Positions 48,399 to 61,300 of a stretch of 64,000 bases of DNA are shown one piece after another. The position numbers and the translations under genes are program-made. Location: NCBI RefSeq assembly GCF_030684315.1, contig NC_081391.1, forward strand, positions 13,927,342 to 13,991,341, written 5' to 3'. The stretch comes from Stegostoma tigrinum (lineage: Eukaryota). The notes beneath the pieces are model-generated. The model worked only from the letters and a program-made list of their open reading frames with translations, searched no databases and was not told the DNA's origin. Every line of letters starts with the position of its first letter. The first letter of the stretch is position 1.

Positions 48399-48600
48399 TG
48401 CACTTGTACAGGAGGTCAAAGATCATTCAGCAATTCCATCATCGACCAGTTGTCAACCGTGATTCGTTTCTGGATCCAATTCCCATCGTGCACTGATTGG
48501 ACGTGGCAACTGATCAATTGATTAACAAGAGTGATTGGCCATCACTGATGATGTCATTTCCTGCTTCATAAAAAGAGGGTCTGCCCCTGGGGTATAAATA
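48399..48600 (+). promoter_or_regulatory. Promoter block, copy 7: DR1 variant 48413-48425, TATA at 48593
   Basis: Same motif order as the other copies. Confidence 0.72.
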
Positions 48601-48685
48601 GAGTCCCACGGGAATGATGTTGATTGTTCTTCCTAATTTTGTTATTTTGGTGGTGAGGAGAATAAAAGAAATTTATTGTCACAAG

Positions 48686-51600
48686 ATGGCCTCCCAGATC
48701 AGTCAGAACTATCACCAGGATTGTGAAGCTGCTGTCAACAAGCAGATTAATGTGGAGCTCACTGCCTCCTATCTCTATCAGTCTTTGGTGAGTGCTGTCT
48801 CTCGGGGTTAAACATATAAATCTGTTCTGTTGAAGTAAATTCTTTGCCTGGCCTCTAGTGAAGCTGACAATCTAGTAGATTGAGGTTTTGTGGCTCCTAC
48901 CTAAATATCAGTTCAGGATAGAGGTGGTGTTACTGTCACGATGGTGTAGGATACTGATGTATGTTAACTCAGGTCCCAGTTGGCCTTCAGTGGTATCTGG
49001 AGGGTAAAAGCCTCTTGCTTTTGTTTTCTTTCTGACACAAGTTTCCTGACTTCATTTGCCTGATCTCTGTGGTGGTCCTAAACAAACATGCTGATTTTTT
49101 TTAACACTGACAATAACAATAACTTCCCTGTTGCAGTGGCCCTTGTTAGTCTGAACAAACCTGAGGCTAGTCTGTGACTGGTATCTATTTTATGTGGATC
49201 TCCTTCATTGAGGCTGACTTGGCTTTACTTGTATTTATTGAAGATGTGGGTGTGGCCTATCCCGTCCCTACTGAGAGTTGATCTGCTGTGTGTGAGAAAT
49301 GTTGGATCCCCTCTCTGCCCTTCTCCACCCCACACTGGGGCTGCTGGAATGTGCTGAGGCTATTAGCCCAGTGACAGTGAAGGAATGGAGGTTGTTCCCA
49401 TATCATTTAGCTTGACCTAAAACAAAATGTCCCCTCTATCCCAGTGGTGATGTGCTTGTGCCCTTCCAAGGAGTAGACTGTGCTTGGAAGGTATGTGTTG
49501 AAGTAACCTTGGTGAGTGCTGCAGGGGACCTGGTAGGTAATGGACCCTGAAAGGAGGTGGTGAATGCAGTCCCCATGAAGTGGGCTGCTCTGTCCTGGAT
49601 GGTGTCTGCTTCTTGCATGTTGCAGGTCCCCTTCTCCAGACACATGGAGAATATTCATCTCTCTCTGGGCTTGTGCCTGTTGTGAGGAAGTTGTCTTGTA
49701 ATGAGGACTAAGTCCCTATAAGCCTCACTTGGGAGGTGGGACAGCTTTATTGGTGATCCAGTGGTTGGGGTTTAATCACTGTGTCCCAACTCTGTTGGCA
49801 CATGCTTCCCAAGGATAAAATCCCGACTATCTTCTGCCATGACGTGTAACTACCCACTTAAACCAGAGATTTTTGCTTGCCTGACTGTGGTTTTTGGATT
49901 TGTGGATTAAAGTAACTTTTCAGGAGTCCTTCCCCAGAATGTAACTCTTAGCTGATGCTTCCAATAGTGACGATTAGCTCTTAAACCCTTACATCGAATT
50001 GTGAACATGACAGTTTAGATATGAGTCACATGGGCTGAAAGCCGACAGGATTTTTTGCCTGTTTGGGTTAAGTCAGGGCAAGTGCTTTTCCAGGTTACTG
50101 TTTTCACTAGTGACATTATCTACAGGCCGCTCATATTTGACATTTGATCATTTGTTTCAGTCATGTGACTTGGTGCAAGTTTCTGACAGCCTGAGTTTGC
50201 ACTATTTTTCGGCAGAGCAATAACCCACTGCTGCAACGATCCAAAGGCTGTTACTGGGCAGGCTTTCCTTGGCATTATCTTAGTGCTAAACATCATACTG
50301 AAGATAGCGTACCCGTGTAGAGTTAATGTGTACACTTATGTCCAAATCTCATTGATCCTGGGTTTGTAGAAAACATTCTCCCTACTATTCATTGACTAGA
50401 ACAAGGTTCAACATCTTTTTTGAAAGTTTACCTGAAAGGCAAAACACAGTGCCTTGTGGCTCCTCCATCCTGTGTACATCCTGTACGCCAGCTCCTGGCA
50501 CTTCCTGAAACCCTGTTCAACCAGTAACTTCATCCAATTCTGTTGGAGATTAATGAATAGAAGCATGAATTCAGCTCTGTCTCTCCACAAAGGCTGTGCC
50601 AGGCACTCCTGAGCTAATCACCAGTAGATTCAAACCAAAATAAAACAGTATTTTTGGTTCCAGGAGGAAGCTGGACTGTTGTGATTTTGCCCAGTTGCTG
50701 GTGAATTGAACAACACTGGGTTCACAATCTGTTCAGTGTCTGACACATGAGCATGCCTTCTGTCAGTTTGGTTTGAGTGCTCAAGTAGTCTTGTAGTTGA
50801 GAACTGCAATGGGGAGTGAGCCAGTGATGTCGAATGTAACTTGAACTTGTTCTTCCAGATGTCCTACTTTGCCCAAGACGATGTTGCCCTCCCCCATTTC
50901 TCCCAGTTCTTCAAAGATCAGTTCCAGGAGAAGCGGGAACATGCAGAGAAGCTGCTGAAATTCCAGAATCAGCGTGGCGGCCGAGTCCTCCTCCAGGATG
51001 TGAAGGTTGGGGTTGGGTGGTGGGGGAGTGCAGGGTGGAATGGCTGCTCTTGCGGTGTCATCTCCAGTGACAAGATTTTCAGATCCTGAGCGAGTGTGGA
51101 AAGTTCTTTTGCTTGGCTTCCCTGTTTGCTCTCCTCCATCTCCAGTGTTTCAGCATTTATACAAGCCTGACTTCCATCAAACAACCACCTCAGCCTCACC
51201 TGCTCAAAGGACAAGGAAAACCCCAGCCCGTCCAATCTCTCTCCTCACAATGGATTTTCTGTCTCGGGGAAACAACCTGGGGACCCTCACCAGCACCCCC
51301 TGCAGTGCTATCCTGTCCTTCTGACTAGCGAGGCCAAAGATAGAATACAGCAGAGACCGGGAGAAGAATTTTCATAAAATGTGTTCAAAGGACTTGTCCC
51401 TGTGCTGTTCCTCACAACCCTGCCCCAAACTAACACATGTTACTTGGCCTATGTCCCCTTTCACACACAGTTTGCCTTGTGTGAGCATTGAGGGATCGAT
51501 GATCCTGTGTTTATTGTAAGCACATTACTGCCCCCCACAATGAATTCAAGTAATGATGGTTCTGACCATGCCGCTCGGGCATGTATGAGGCCACAAGCAC

Positions 51601-52888
51601 AAGTGAGACTTGAACCTCAGCCTTGTCAACCGGAGCTTGGGACACGACCGCTACTTCCCCCACAGCCCTTGGGATTCACTCATGAATATCCTTTTTAAGA
51701 CTCCAGCAGATGGACACTGGTGCAAATGACTAATCTGGTACATATTTATTCCCTGTGGTACAAGGATATGTTCCTGAACTTCCGGCTTCAGGTCAAGGAT
51801 AAATGGGGCAAGGTGAAAGGAGTCACCAAGTAGCTAATGTTTTCTTTATCTGGACTTCAGGGATGGCACAGTGGCTCAGTGGTTGGCACTGTTGACTCAG
51901 TGCCAGGGGTACCAGTTTGGTTCTGGCCCGTGACGAGAGTTTAAACGTTATCCCAAAGCATGGCTTCCCCACACAGTAGAAAAGAGGATTGGCAACTTGA
52001 AATGCAGGTTACACGAACAGGGTGGGAATGGGACCAGATGGGATGCTCTTCAGCAGTTATGGTCTCAGTGGGGTGAATGGCCTGCTCCCATGCTGCAGGG
52101 ATTCTGTTTCTGAAGCTTACCTGTCCTTCTCTCCATCCATAGAAGCCAGAGAGGGATGACTGGGGTAACAGCCTGCAGGCAATTCAGGTTGCCCTGAATC
52201 TGGAAAAGAATGTGAACCAGAGTTTGCTGGATCTACACCAACTCGCCACAGCCCAGACTGACCCTCATGTCAGCTTCACCTCCTCATTCACATCACTGCT
52301 AGACCCTCAAGGTAACGTTTCATTGGTTGGTCTGTGTGGATTGGAAATTCACTGAAGTAACACTTTCCATCCATTACTTTCCTGAACTATTGTAACATTG
52401 ATCACTTGGGATCATACTGATTACAATGAGGTATAAGGGGAATTTGATCTATAATCTAGTGGAAGTGCTGAAATGACGTTGGCCACTGAGTTCTTCATTA
52501 GTATCATTGCAGTGGAATGATCATTGTCCATCACAATCCAACTCAGCTCCATTTCACAAACAGCAAGATGGAGCAGCTGACATGTTGTCCTCACTGGCAC
52601 AAATTCTCCAGGTGTTAGCTCGCTTTTCAGGGCTGTCCAGAGCTAGTCATGGCTAAGTCTGTCTTGCAGTGGGAATTCTGAAATTGTCGTGGATAGTATA
52701 AATGTACCAAGTGTCATATTCCTCTGTTGCAGCTGTGTGACTTCCTGGAGACTCACTATTTGGATGAGGAGGTGGAGATCATCAAGCAACTTGGGGACTA
52801 CATCACCAACCTGAAGCGCCTGGGAGCCCCTGAGAATGGGATGGGAGAGTACCTGTTTGACAGGCTCTCCCTGGAGGACAGCAGTTAG
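48686..52888 (+). CDS. Ferritin subunit copy 7; exons 48686-48787, 50859-51005, 52143-52268, 52733-52888
   Basis: Intact frame and GT-AG sites. Exon 2 reads [28 protein letters not shown]; exon 3 reads [22 protein letters not shown]. Confidence 0.92.
51860..52105 (+). mobile_element. tRNA-derived SINE remnant at the end of intron 2 (homologues at ~4100-4320, 20365-20600, 27380-27610, 35890-36110, 44060-44280)
   Basis: A-box-like GGCACAGTGGCTCAGTGGTTGGCACTG head, followed by a body and tail (GAATGGCCTG...GGGATTCT) resembling elasmobranch SINEs. Confidence 0.55.
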
Positions 52889-54978
52889 TGTGACCTGGAG
52901 TACTGTCTGCTTGGTCTGAATGTATTCCCTACTTCACCCTGGACAACCTGTCTCCTTCCAAGGAGAAGGGGCTTGTAGCAAACAATGTAATGGCTGAACC
53001 AGCTGAGTGGAAATGAATGAAATGTATTGATGTTGCTTATTGTCCATCATTGAGACCCTTGATATTAAAGAGCTTTTGAGAGCTTCAAGCCTGTAATTTT
53101 GGCTAATGAAATTATTAATTTGACAGAATATTTCCCTGGTCTTCCCTCCAACACCACCCCAGCATCAGTCTCCGAATTCCCGTGGAACTTCCTCTAAGTT
53201 ATGAATCCAAGTTATTCCTCCAGCCAGAACTTGAGGTTTGGGCCTGCGGGGTGTCAAGTCACTTTGTACTATTATCCCACAGCCAGGTATGATGAATACA
53301 GGTGCAGCTAAAATTTTCATTGCTTTCGAAAGAGAAAACACCCCTGTTTGGCCGAAAGAAAGACTTGACACCCACTTTCACAGAAACAGGGCTGTAGGAT
53401 GCTTTATGTTCATGTCTAGTTTGCTAAGCAATAGCTTCCCTGTCAACCTCTGTCAACCTCCACCAACCGAGACTGATTGCTAAAGTCCACACAAATCACA
53501 AGTTGATGCCAATGTAAATTCTGTGCCAGCTGGCTCAGCTTGCCTCAACAAGAGCTTAAGGGAAGAGATCCAGCAGCGTCCCCTCTCTAGCCTTGTGGAG
53601 GAACCAGCAATGCTGGGAGCAATAAAATTAAACTTAGCAACTGGGATCTGACACACCTGGTCTATTCTGTTCAAATCAATGTTATTACTTTTTCCTGACA
53701 GTGCATCCTAGATTCACTCAGACCCAGTTGAGGTTCAAGCCAAGACCAGCCCTGTGGCCTCCTGATCCCCACCACCAACTGCCTGCCTCCGGACAGCCAT
53801 CAGCAGTTACTCACAATGACCAGTTCATTTGTTCCTTCGCCTGAGGAACATGCGCTGCTCTCCCAGGCGATATGGATTAAATACCCATTGTAGCTCGACA
53901 AGAAAGCTCACACGGGGGGAACCATTTCCCAGGAGTAATCCAAAGCTGTCCTAATGTGGCTTTGCTCCGTTTACTTCCTTGCTCTCTGCCAAGTCTTGGT
54001 CAAAAACCCCACCACGCCTAGTAATAAACTTCAGGCCAGCCAGCCAAGAGATGGGAATATTCAGCACAAGTCTGCTTGAAAAAATTCACCTGAACTGGAT
54101 GCACTTAATGGCACCTACAGCAGGATAATAGTGACCTGGGAATAACACAGCAACGCTCCTGGTTAAATGCTGCCATTTGATTGGCTCTTGCTGCTCAAGC
54201 CAGCATTGAGCGCACTAAGCTGCTCCCTTGGTTCCTCTGAGCTTCCCCCACGGGGAGGGTTACTCCTGATGCAGGTTGATTTCACCCGATCACATTGAAG
54301 GAGCAGTGTGACTCAGGGAGGAGACCTGCAGATGCTGACTTTCCTGAATGGCTGCTTCCTTTATCTTTCGAGGTGTCAGAGATCGTGGTTTAGGGAGGGG
54401 GCTGTCAGAGACATCCTGGGGAATGTTTCAGGGAGCTTTGTAGCGAGTGCACACTGCAGCCTTCACTGAGGTGTGGGTCTTTAAGGCACTGAATGTATTT
54501 GTTCCACCACGTAGAGTTTTATTTTAAACCATCTTGAGTCTTGGGTGTAGAACCCCTGCAGTGCGGGAAGAGGTTGTTCAGCCCATTTAGTTTGCACTGA
54601 TCCTCTGAAGAGGTTGTTCAGCCCATTTAGTCTGCACTGATCCTCTGAACAGCATCTTGTTCAGACACACCCTGCCTTCTTACGCCATCTTTCCCACGGC
54701 CAGTCCAAAATAAACTGCATGTCTTTGGACTGTGGGAAGAGGCCCACACAGGCACGGGGAGGATGTGCAGCCTCCACACGTGACTGAAATTGACCCCAGG
54801 TCCCTGGCACTATGAGGCAGTAATGCTGACCATTAAAATACCCTGCCATCCAAAAGTTACAAAAAACAGGAACACTCTGTTGCATAGAATTAGAGTGAAT
54901 GACTCGTTTCTCACGGAAACAGACCCTTCGGTCCTACCTGTCCATGCTGACCAGATTTCCCAACCTGACATAGTCCCA

Positions 54979-55170
54979 AGATAATAAAATGTGAGGCTGG
55001 ATGAACACAGCAGGCCAAGCAGCATCTCAGGAGCACAAAATCAGAGACGAAGGGTCTAGGCCCGAAACGTCAGCTTTTGTGCTCCTGAGATGCTGCTTGA
55101 CCTGCTGTGTTCATCCAGCCTCACATGTTATTATCTTGGAATTCTCCAGCATCTGCAGTTCCCATTATCA
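54979..55170. mobile_element. Hairpin insertion, duplicate of 7126-7317
   Basis: Same arms; TSD CTGACATAGTCCCA / CTGACATTGTCCCA. Confidence 0.78.
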
Positions 55171-55847
55171 CTGACATTGTCCCACTTGTCTGCCTTTGGC
55201 CCATATCCTTCTACACCATTCCTTTCCATGCAAATCTCCAAATGTCACTTAAATGTTGTAATTCTAACTACCTCCACCACTGTCTCTGACAGCTCGTTCT
55301 AACAATGCACACCACCTTCTGTATGAAAATGTTGCCCCTCATGTCCCCATCAAATCTTACCCCTCTCCCCTCAAACCGATGCCCTCTAATTTTGGACCCC
55401 ACCTGACCCTATCACAGCATGCTTTTTATATACAGTCAATCTTGAGTGTGCCAATGGCAAGGCTACATTTAGTGCTCAGCAACTGTTACACTTCAGGAGA
55501 TGGTGATGAGCTGCTTATTGCAGTCCACCTGGTGTCGGAGAGACCGGAATGATGCTGCTGCTGTTGCTGAGGAGGGGCTTCTGGGATCTTCACTCACAAA
55601 CACTGATATTATTCCAAGTCAGGATAGTGATGGATTTACTTGGAGCTGCTTCAGTGTCACTGGGGCGGCATTGAGCTGGAAAATTGCAAACTACTCCAGC
55701 ATTATTCCCAACTTCAGTCTTATCGATGGTGAACAGACTCTGGAAAGTCTGAAGTAGAGTTATTCACAACAGAATTCCCAGACTCTGACTTAGTCTCAAA
55801 GCCATGAGCACATGAATTAGGATTGACCTCTGCCCATGGTTTCTTAG

Positions 55848-57245
55848 AAAATAGAACCTAGAACAGTGCAGCACAGTTCAGGCCCTTCAGCCCACGATGT
55901 TGTTTCGAACTTTTATCCTAAACCCAAGGACGATCTCACCTCCACTACCTTATATCCATATGCTTATCTAATAGCCGCTTAAAATCCCCTAACGAGGCTG
56001 ACTCCACTGCACTCTCCGGCAATGCATTCCACGCCCCAGCCACTCTCTGAGTAAAGAACCTACCTCTGACATCCACCCTATATCTACCTCCACTCACTTC
56101 AAAACTATGCCCCCTCATAATAGCTAACTCCATCCTAGGAAAAAGTCTCTGGCTGTCATATCTGCCTATACTTATGATCATTTTGTACACCTCTATCAAG
56201 TCACCTCTCATCCTTTGTTCTGAAGAGAAAAGCCCTCGTTCTCTCAACCTTTCTTCGTAAGACCTTCCCTCCATTCCAAGCAACATCCTGGTAAATCTCC
56301 TCTGCACCTTTTCTAACACTTCTACATCTTTCCTGGAATGAGGTGACCAGAACTGGACACAATACTCCAGATGTGGCCGAACCAGGCTTTTGTATAGCTG
56401 GAGCATAACTTCACAGCTCTTGAAATCAATCCCTCTATGAATGAAAGCTAACACACCACATGCCTTCTTGACAACTCTATCCACCTGACTGGCAGCTTTC
56501 AGGGAACTGTGGACATGAACCCCGAGATCCATCTGCTCCTCCACACTGCCAAGAATCTTTCCGTTAACCCTGTGTTCTGCTTTAAAATTTGTCCTTCCAA
56601 AAGGAATCACTTCACGCTTTTCAGGGTTAAACTCTGTCTGCCACTTCTCAGCCCCGCTCGGCATCCTATCAATGTCCTTTTGTAACCTGGAACAGCCGTC
56701 CACACTATCCACAAGTCAAATCACCTTCGTATCTTCCAAAAACTTACTAATCCGCCATTCCACTCCTACATCCAAATCATTTACCAAAATCGTAAATAGA
56801 AGAGGACCCCGAACAGACCCTTGAGGTACACCACTCGTAACTGAGCGCCATGTTGAATATTTTCAGTCAACTGTCACCCATGTCTTCTATGGGTCAGCCA
56901 ATTCTGAATCCAATCTGTCTCATTTCCCCCGTCACATGCCTCCTGACTTTCTGCATGAGCCTGCCATGGGGAACCTTATCAAACGCCTTACTTCAATCCA
57001 TGTATCCCACATTCACTGATCTACCTTCATCCACACGTTTGGTCATCCCTTCAAAGAATTCAATCAGATTTGTGAGGCATGATGTACGCCTCACAAATCC
57101 ACACTGGCCATCACAAATCATACTGTGCCTATCCAAGTGATCATTAATTCTGTTTCTTACAGCCCTTCCCATTAATTTGCCAACCACTGACATAAGACTA
57201 GCTGGCCTGTAATTTCCAGGGTTACCCCATTCCCTTTTTTGAACA
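55848..57245 (-). mobile_element. CR1-type LINE fragment (duplicate of 7995-9392)
   Basis: ORFs 55945-56712 and 56993-57274 are near-identical to 8092-8859 and 9140-9421. Confidence 0.9.
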
Positions 57246-58013
57246 CATGAATAATATTCAAACTTGTCATTCAAAGCTAAAAGATAGCACTAGACTGCAT
57301 CCTGCTTTTTGAAGCAGATATTGAGTGAAAGTAACTTGCTTCCACCAGTCTGTACATCAGTGCTGTGATCATACTCGAACGTTCATTGGGGATCCTCAAT
57401 TCCCAAAGCCTCACAGGCCACCAGTCCATGGGAGGCTGCTCCATTCAACGCAGTTGCTGAGCCATACATTCTACAGAATGTAATGTAAACAGGACCAGCC
57501 ACTCTCCATTTGGAAACATGCTGGAGTTAAGCTCTCGATCTACTTCAAACAAATAAAAACCAAACTTTGCGATAGAAAGTTTGCATGTGCTATACATTTC
57601 CAGCAGCAATGTAGACAGGGAGGTGTGAGGTCTACTATGCAGGAGAGGCACTCAGCACATTTAGCACCTTGCTTTTCAAACTGCACTTCATGAACCCAAC
57701 GTCAAGGAGATCACAGCAGATTCAGAATGGATCCACAAAGGAATGAGCTTCCTGTATGAGGTAACCCAAAAGCACATTGTTTCTGTCGCTGCACAGCAAT
57801 AAGAAAATGTTTACTGTTAACAAAATCTGGCCATTTTTCAATGGGCTCCAACGCTGTTATTCAACAAGTACAAAGACTAATCCCTCAGAGTAACAAACTG
57901 ACAGAATTCTGCCAATCTGTGATGAGTGTGTCTTAAGATATAATCTCAGATACAATCGTGAACTTTTAGAGTATATTTTATTGTCATTTTCACAGAGAAA
58001 TATTTCCAGGATT

Positions 58014-58214
58014 TGCACTTGTGCAGGAGGTCAAAGGTCAGTCAGCAATTCCATCATCGACCAGTTGTCAATTCTGATCGGTTTCTGGATCCAATTCCCA
58101 TCCTGCACTGATTGGACGTGGCAGCTGATCAATTGATTAACAAGAGTGATCGGCCATCACTGATGATGTCATTTCCTGCTCAAGAAAATAAAGGGCTGCT
58201 GCTCGAGTATAAAA
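58014..58214 (+). promoter_or_regulatory. Promoter block, copy 8: DR1 58028-58040, TATA at 58208
   Basis: Near-identical to the copy 2 block. Confidence 0.75.
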
Positions 58215-58309
58215 ATCTCCCAAGAGAGCGATGTTTATGGTGTTGTTGATCATCTTTCTAAGTTTGTTATTTGATTTTGGAGGAAAAGGAAAGCTATTTT
58301 CTTCATAAA

Positions 58310-61300
58310 ATGGCCTCCCAGATCAGTCAGAACTATCACCAGGATTGTGAAGCTGCTGTCAACAAGCAGGTTAATGTGGAGCTCACTGCCTCCTATCTCT
58401 ATCAGTCTTTGGTGAGTTTTGTCTTGATGGAGTTGAAATTAAATCTATTCTGCAAAAATGCGCTGATCCTCTTGTTTCTAATTAACTTCATAGTCTTGTA
58501 GATTTGAGGAGTTTAAGTTTGCACCTTGAAAAATCATTTTGGGATAAATGTAATGCCCTTTGGTGACAATGGATTTTGATATTGATGTGCAGTATCTAAT
58601 TCACCAGCTGGGATTGAGTGATAGATGGAGGGCAAATTGTTCTGTCAATTATTTTACAATTTACTGCCAGGTCTCTGCCTGGTGGTAACTCGTTTTCCTC
58701 CCCAGAATTGACCAAACTTTACTAAAATTAGATGTAATGGTGTTGGGAGTTGTAGGCACCCCTTGGCTAGTCATCCTGTAACATTTTAATTTACCTTGAT
58801 CACACTTAATTTGTGCTCTGATCCTAAATACACATGCCAGTTTCCATTCTGTGATGGAGAATGATGGCAGTGACTGGCTTCTCTGAGCATATGCAGTTGT
58901 AACTTGCATTGAGGAGGCCTCAGATGTGGACTAGTTGGCTTTCTGCATTCTCAGTTCATGAATGGACTGTTAGTGGTCAGGAAGTCACTTGTTGTCCATT
59001 CCTCCAATAGATCAATACCCTCCTGTGAGTGCATGCACAGGGTGTCTGGAATAACCTGAGGTCTTCACTTCACCAAAAAAGGTGAAGAATTGGAGTTTCA
59101 AATTCCCACGGTATGGGAAATAGTGCCTTTCTCCAGGGAGCACTGTGCCTATGGCCTCTCAAAATGGCAGGCTATAATGGTTTGTAAATGTTGAAGCAGC
59201 TTTTGAAGGCTGCTAGATACCTGGTAGATAGTGGACACTGGGAGTGCATTCACTCACTCCCTTCAATGAGGTGGGCTGCTCTGTCCTGCATAGTGTCTAC
59301 TTTGTGCATGTTGCAGCTCCACTTCTTGGGAAAAAGGGAGAATATTCATCCCTCCATGGGGCTTATGTCTGAGAAGCATTCTCTTCCCACTCTGAGGATG
59401 AAATCCCTGTACCCTTCCCTTTAGCAGGTGGGAACAGCTATCACCAATAAGCCTGTTGGGTCTTAACTGTTAGTGGTGTCCCATATCAATTGGGCAGCAT
59501 GTGCCCAAACAACCTACTATTGTATATCTGTGAGATGCAGCTACCCAAGAAAAGCCAGAGAAATTTACATGACTGTTTTTTGACAAAAGAAACTTCTCAG
59601 CCTGATCAGTTGGAACTAGATAACCTGCTCTAACAAGGTGTAGAGCTGGATGAACACAGCAGGCCAAGCACCATCAGGGGGAGCAGGAAGGCTGATGTTT
59701 TGGGCCTGGACCCTTGAGAAATGGGGAGGGGAAGGGGTCCCTGAAATAGGAAGGGGTGGGGAGGTGAATGGATGAGGGATAAAGAAACAGGTGGTGAGGA
59801 GACTCCGGTCTGAGGTAAGGATGGAGCCAATCAAGTCAAGTGAGTTGAGTAGGCCTGTCCGTGGAGGTGGGGATGGGATTTGAGGTGGCGGGGGTCGGCG
59901 GGAGGTGGGGTGGTGTGGGGAAGTAGGTGGGAGGAAGGACGGACCAGTCGGGGAGGTGGGAACTAGCTGAGCTGTGATTGGGGGAAGGGAGATCTTTCAG
60001 CTTAAGTCCTCACTGATACCATTGGGCTGCAGGGTTCCCAAGCAGAATACAAGGTGCTGTTCCTGCAACCTTTGGGTGGCATTGGAGGCCCAGAATGAAC
60101 ATCAACTGTCCCCTCCTGCCCCTCTGAAGGGCAAGTATTTTGTGACTTGGAGGTGCAGCTGCTGGTCACGAGCCCAGCATAGGCACTCCACAAAGTGGTG
60201 TCAAGCCTCTGCTCGGATTTCCTGATGTAGAGGAGGCCACATTAGGAGCAGTGGATACAGCATACCTCACTGCAGGTGTGTAGGTCCACTTCGTCTTGAT
60301 GTGGAAGGTCTTGGGGCCTGGGATGAGGGGAGGTGTAGCACAATCTGTGTGGCAGGAAAAAAGCCCTGGCTAGTGGAATGTACAAGGGAATCAGTGGTCT
60401 CTCCAGAAGGCAGCTAAGGTTGGAGAGGTAAAACATGTCTTTGTCAGATTGTAGATTGTATAAGTGCCAGAGGATGATGCACTGGATCCTGGCATTGAGG
60501 TGATACTGAAGGATGAGAGGATTCTGTTTTGGTTGTGTGAGGGATAAGATGCAAGACCGGTTGTGCTTTTCTTCCACTAAAGGGAAGTTACGCTCCCTCG
60601 GAAAACGAGGACATCTGGGATGCCCAGGAGTAGAATGCCTCCCCTCGGGGCTGGAGGTGAAGGAATTGGATTAGGGGATGGCGTTTTCCTTCCACAGGAA
60701 GGTGGGTAAGGTGTATTCTAGGTAGCTGTAGGAGTCAGTAGGTTTGAAATATATCAACGATTGATCGACAAACTTAAGGTTGAGGTAGAAGGCTCTAATG
60801 AATTAGAGGAACCGTTCAAGCTCCTTTGTGGGATGTAATGGAGGAAGATGTGGAGTTTATGGCCCATCTCCCTGTAGAAGGATTGTTCCACAAATCCTAA
60901 CAGAAGCAGGCACAGCCTGGACCCATGCAGATACCTATGGCCACCCCCTTCCTCTGTAGGAGGTGGGAGGAATTGAAGGAGAAGTTAGGGGTGAGGATGA
61001 GTTGGCTAGTGGACAAGGTTGTTGGTGAATGGGGACCAGTCAGACCTGCAGGATGAGAGAAGCAGAGGGCCTTCGGCTATCTCCATGGGGAATGGATGAG
61101 GTTGGAGGCTGTGGGTGGGAGGTCATCTCCAGTGAAGTTGTAAATGGACGAGGAGATGGTTTGGTGGTCAGGGGTGGAGTCATGATCAAGGGCGGGGTGG
61201 TAGGAGGTATCGGCTGCTCTTCCACACAAGTATATGTGGCACTCCAGCTCCTGGCATTTCCTTAAACCCTGTTCAGTCACAAACTTCTTCCAATTCTGAT

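Noticed and set aside
48614-48685. In-frame hydrophobic N-terminal extension of copy 7 ([24 protein letters not shown]) suggesting a signal or targeting peptide
   Set aside because: The ATGs lie only 21-24 nt after the TATA (48593), probably upstream of the TSS, and the extension is not conserved in other copies.
51860-51935. tRNA gene
   Set aside because: Only an A-box-like head with no cloverleaf; it continues into SINE body sequence.
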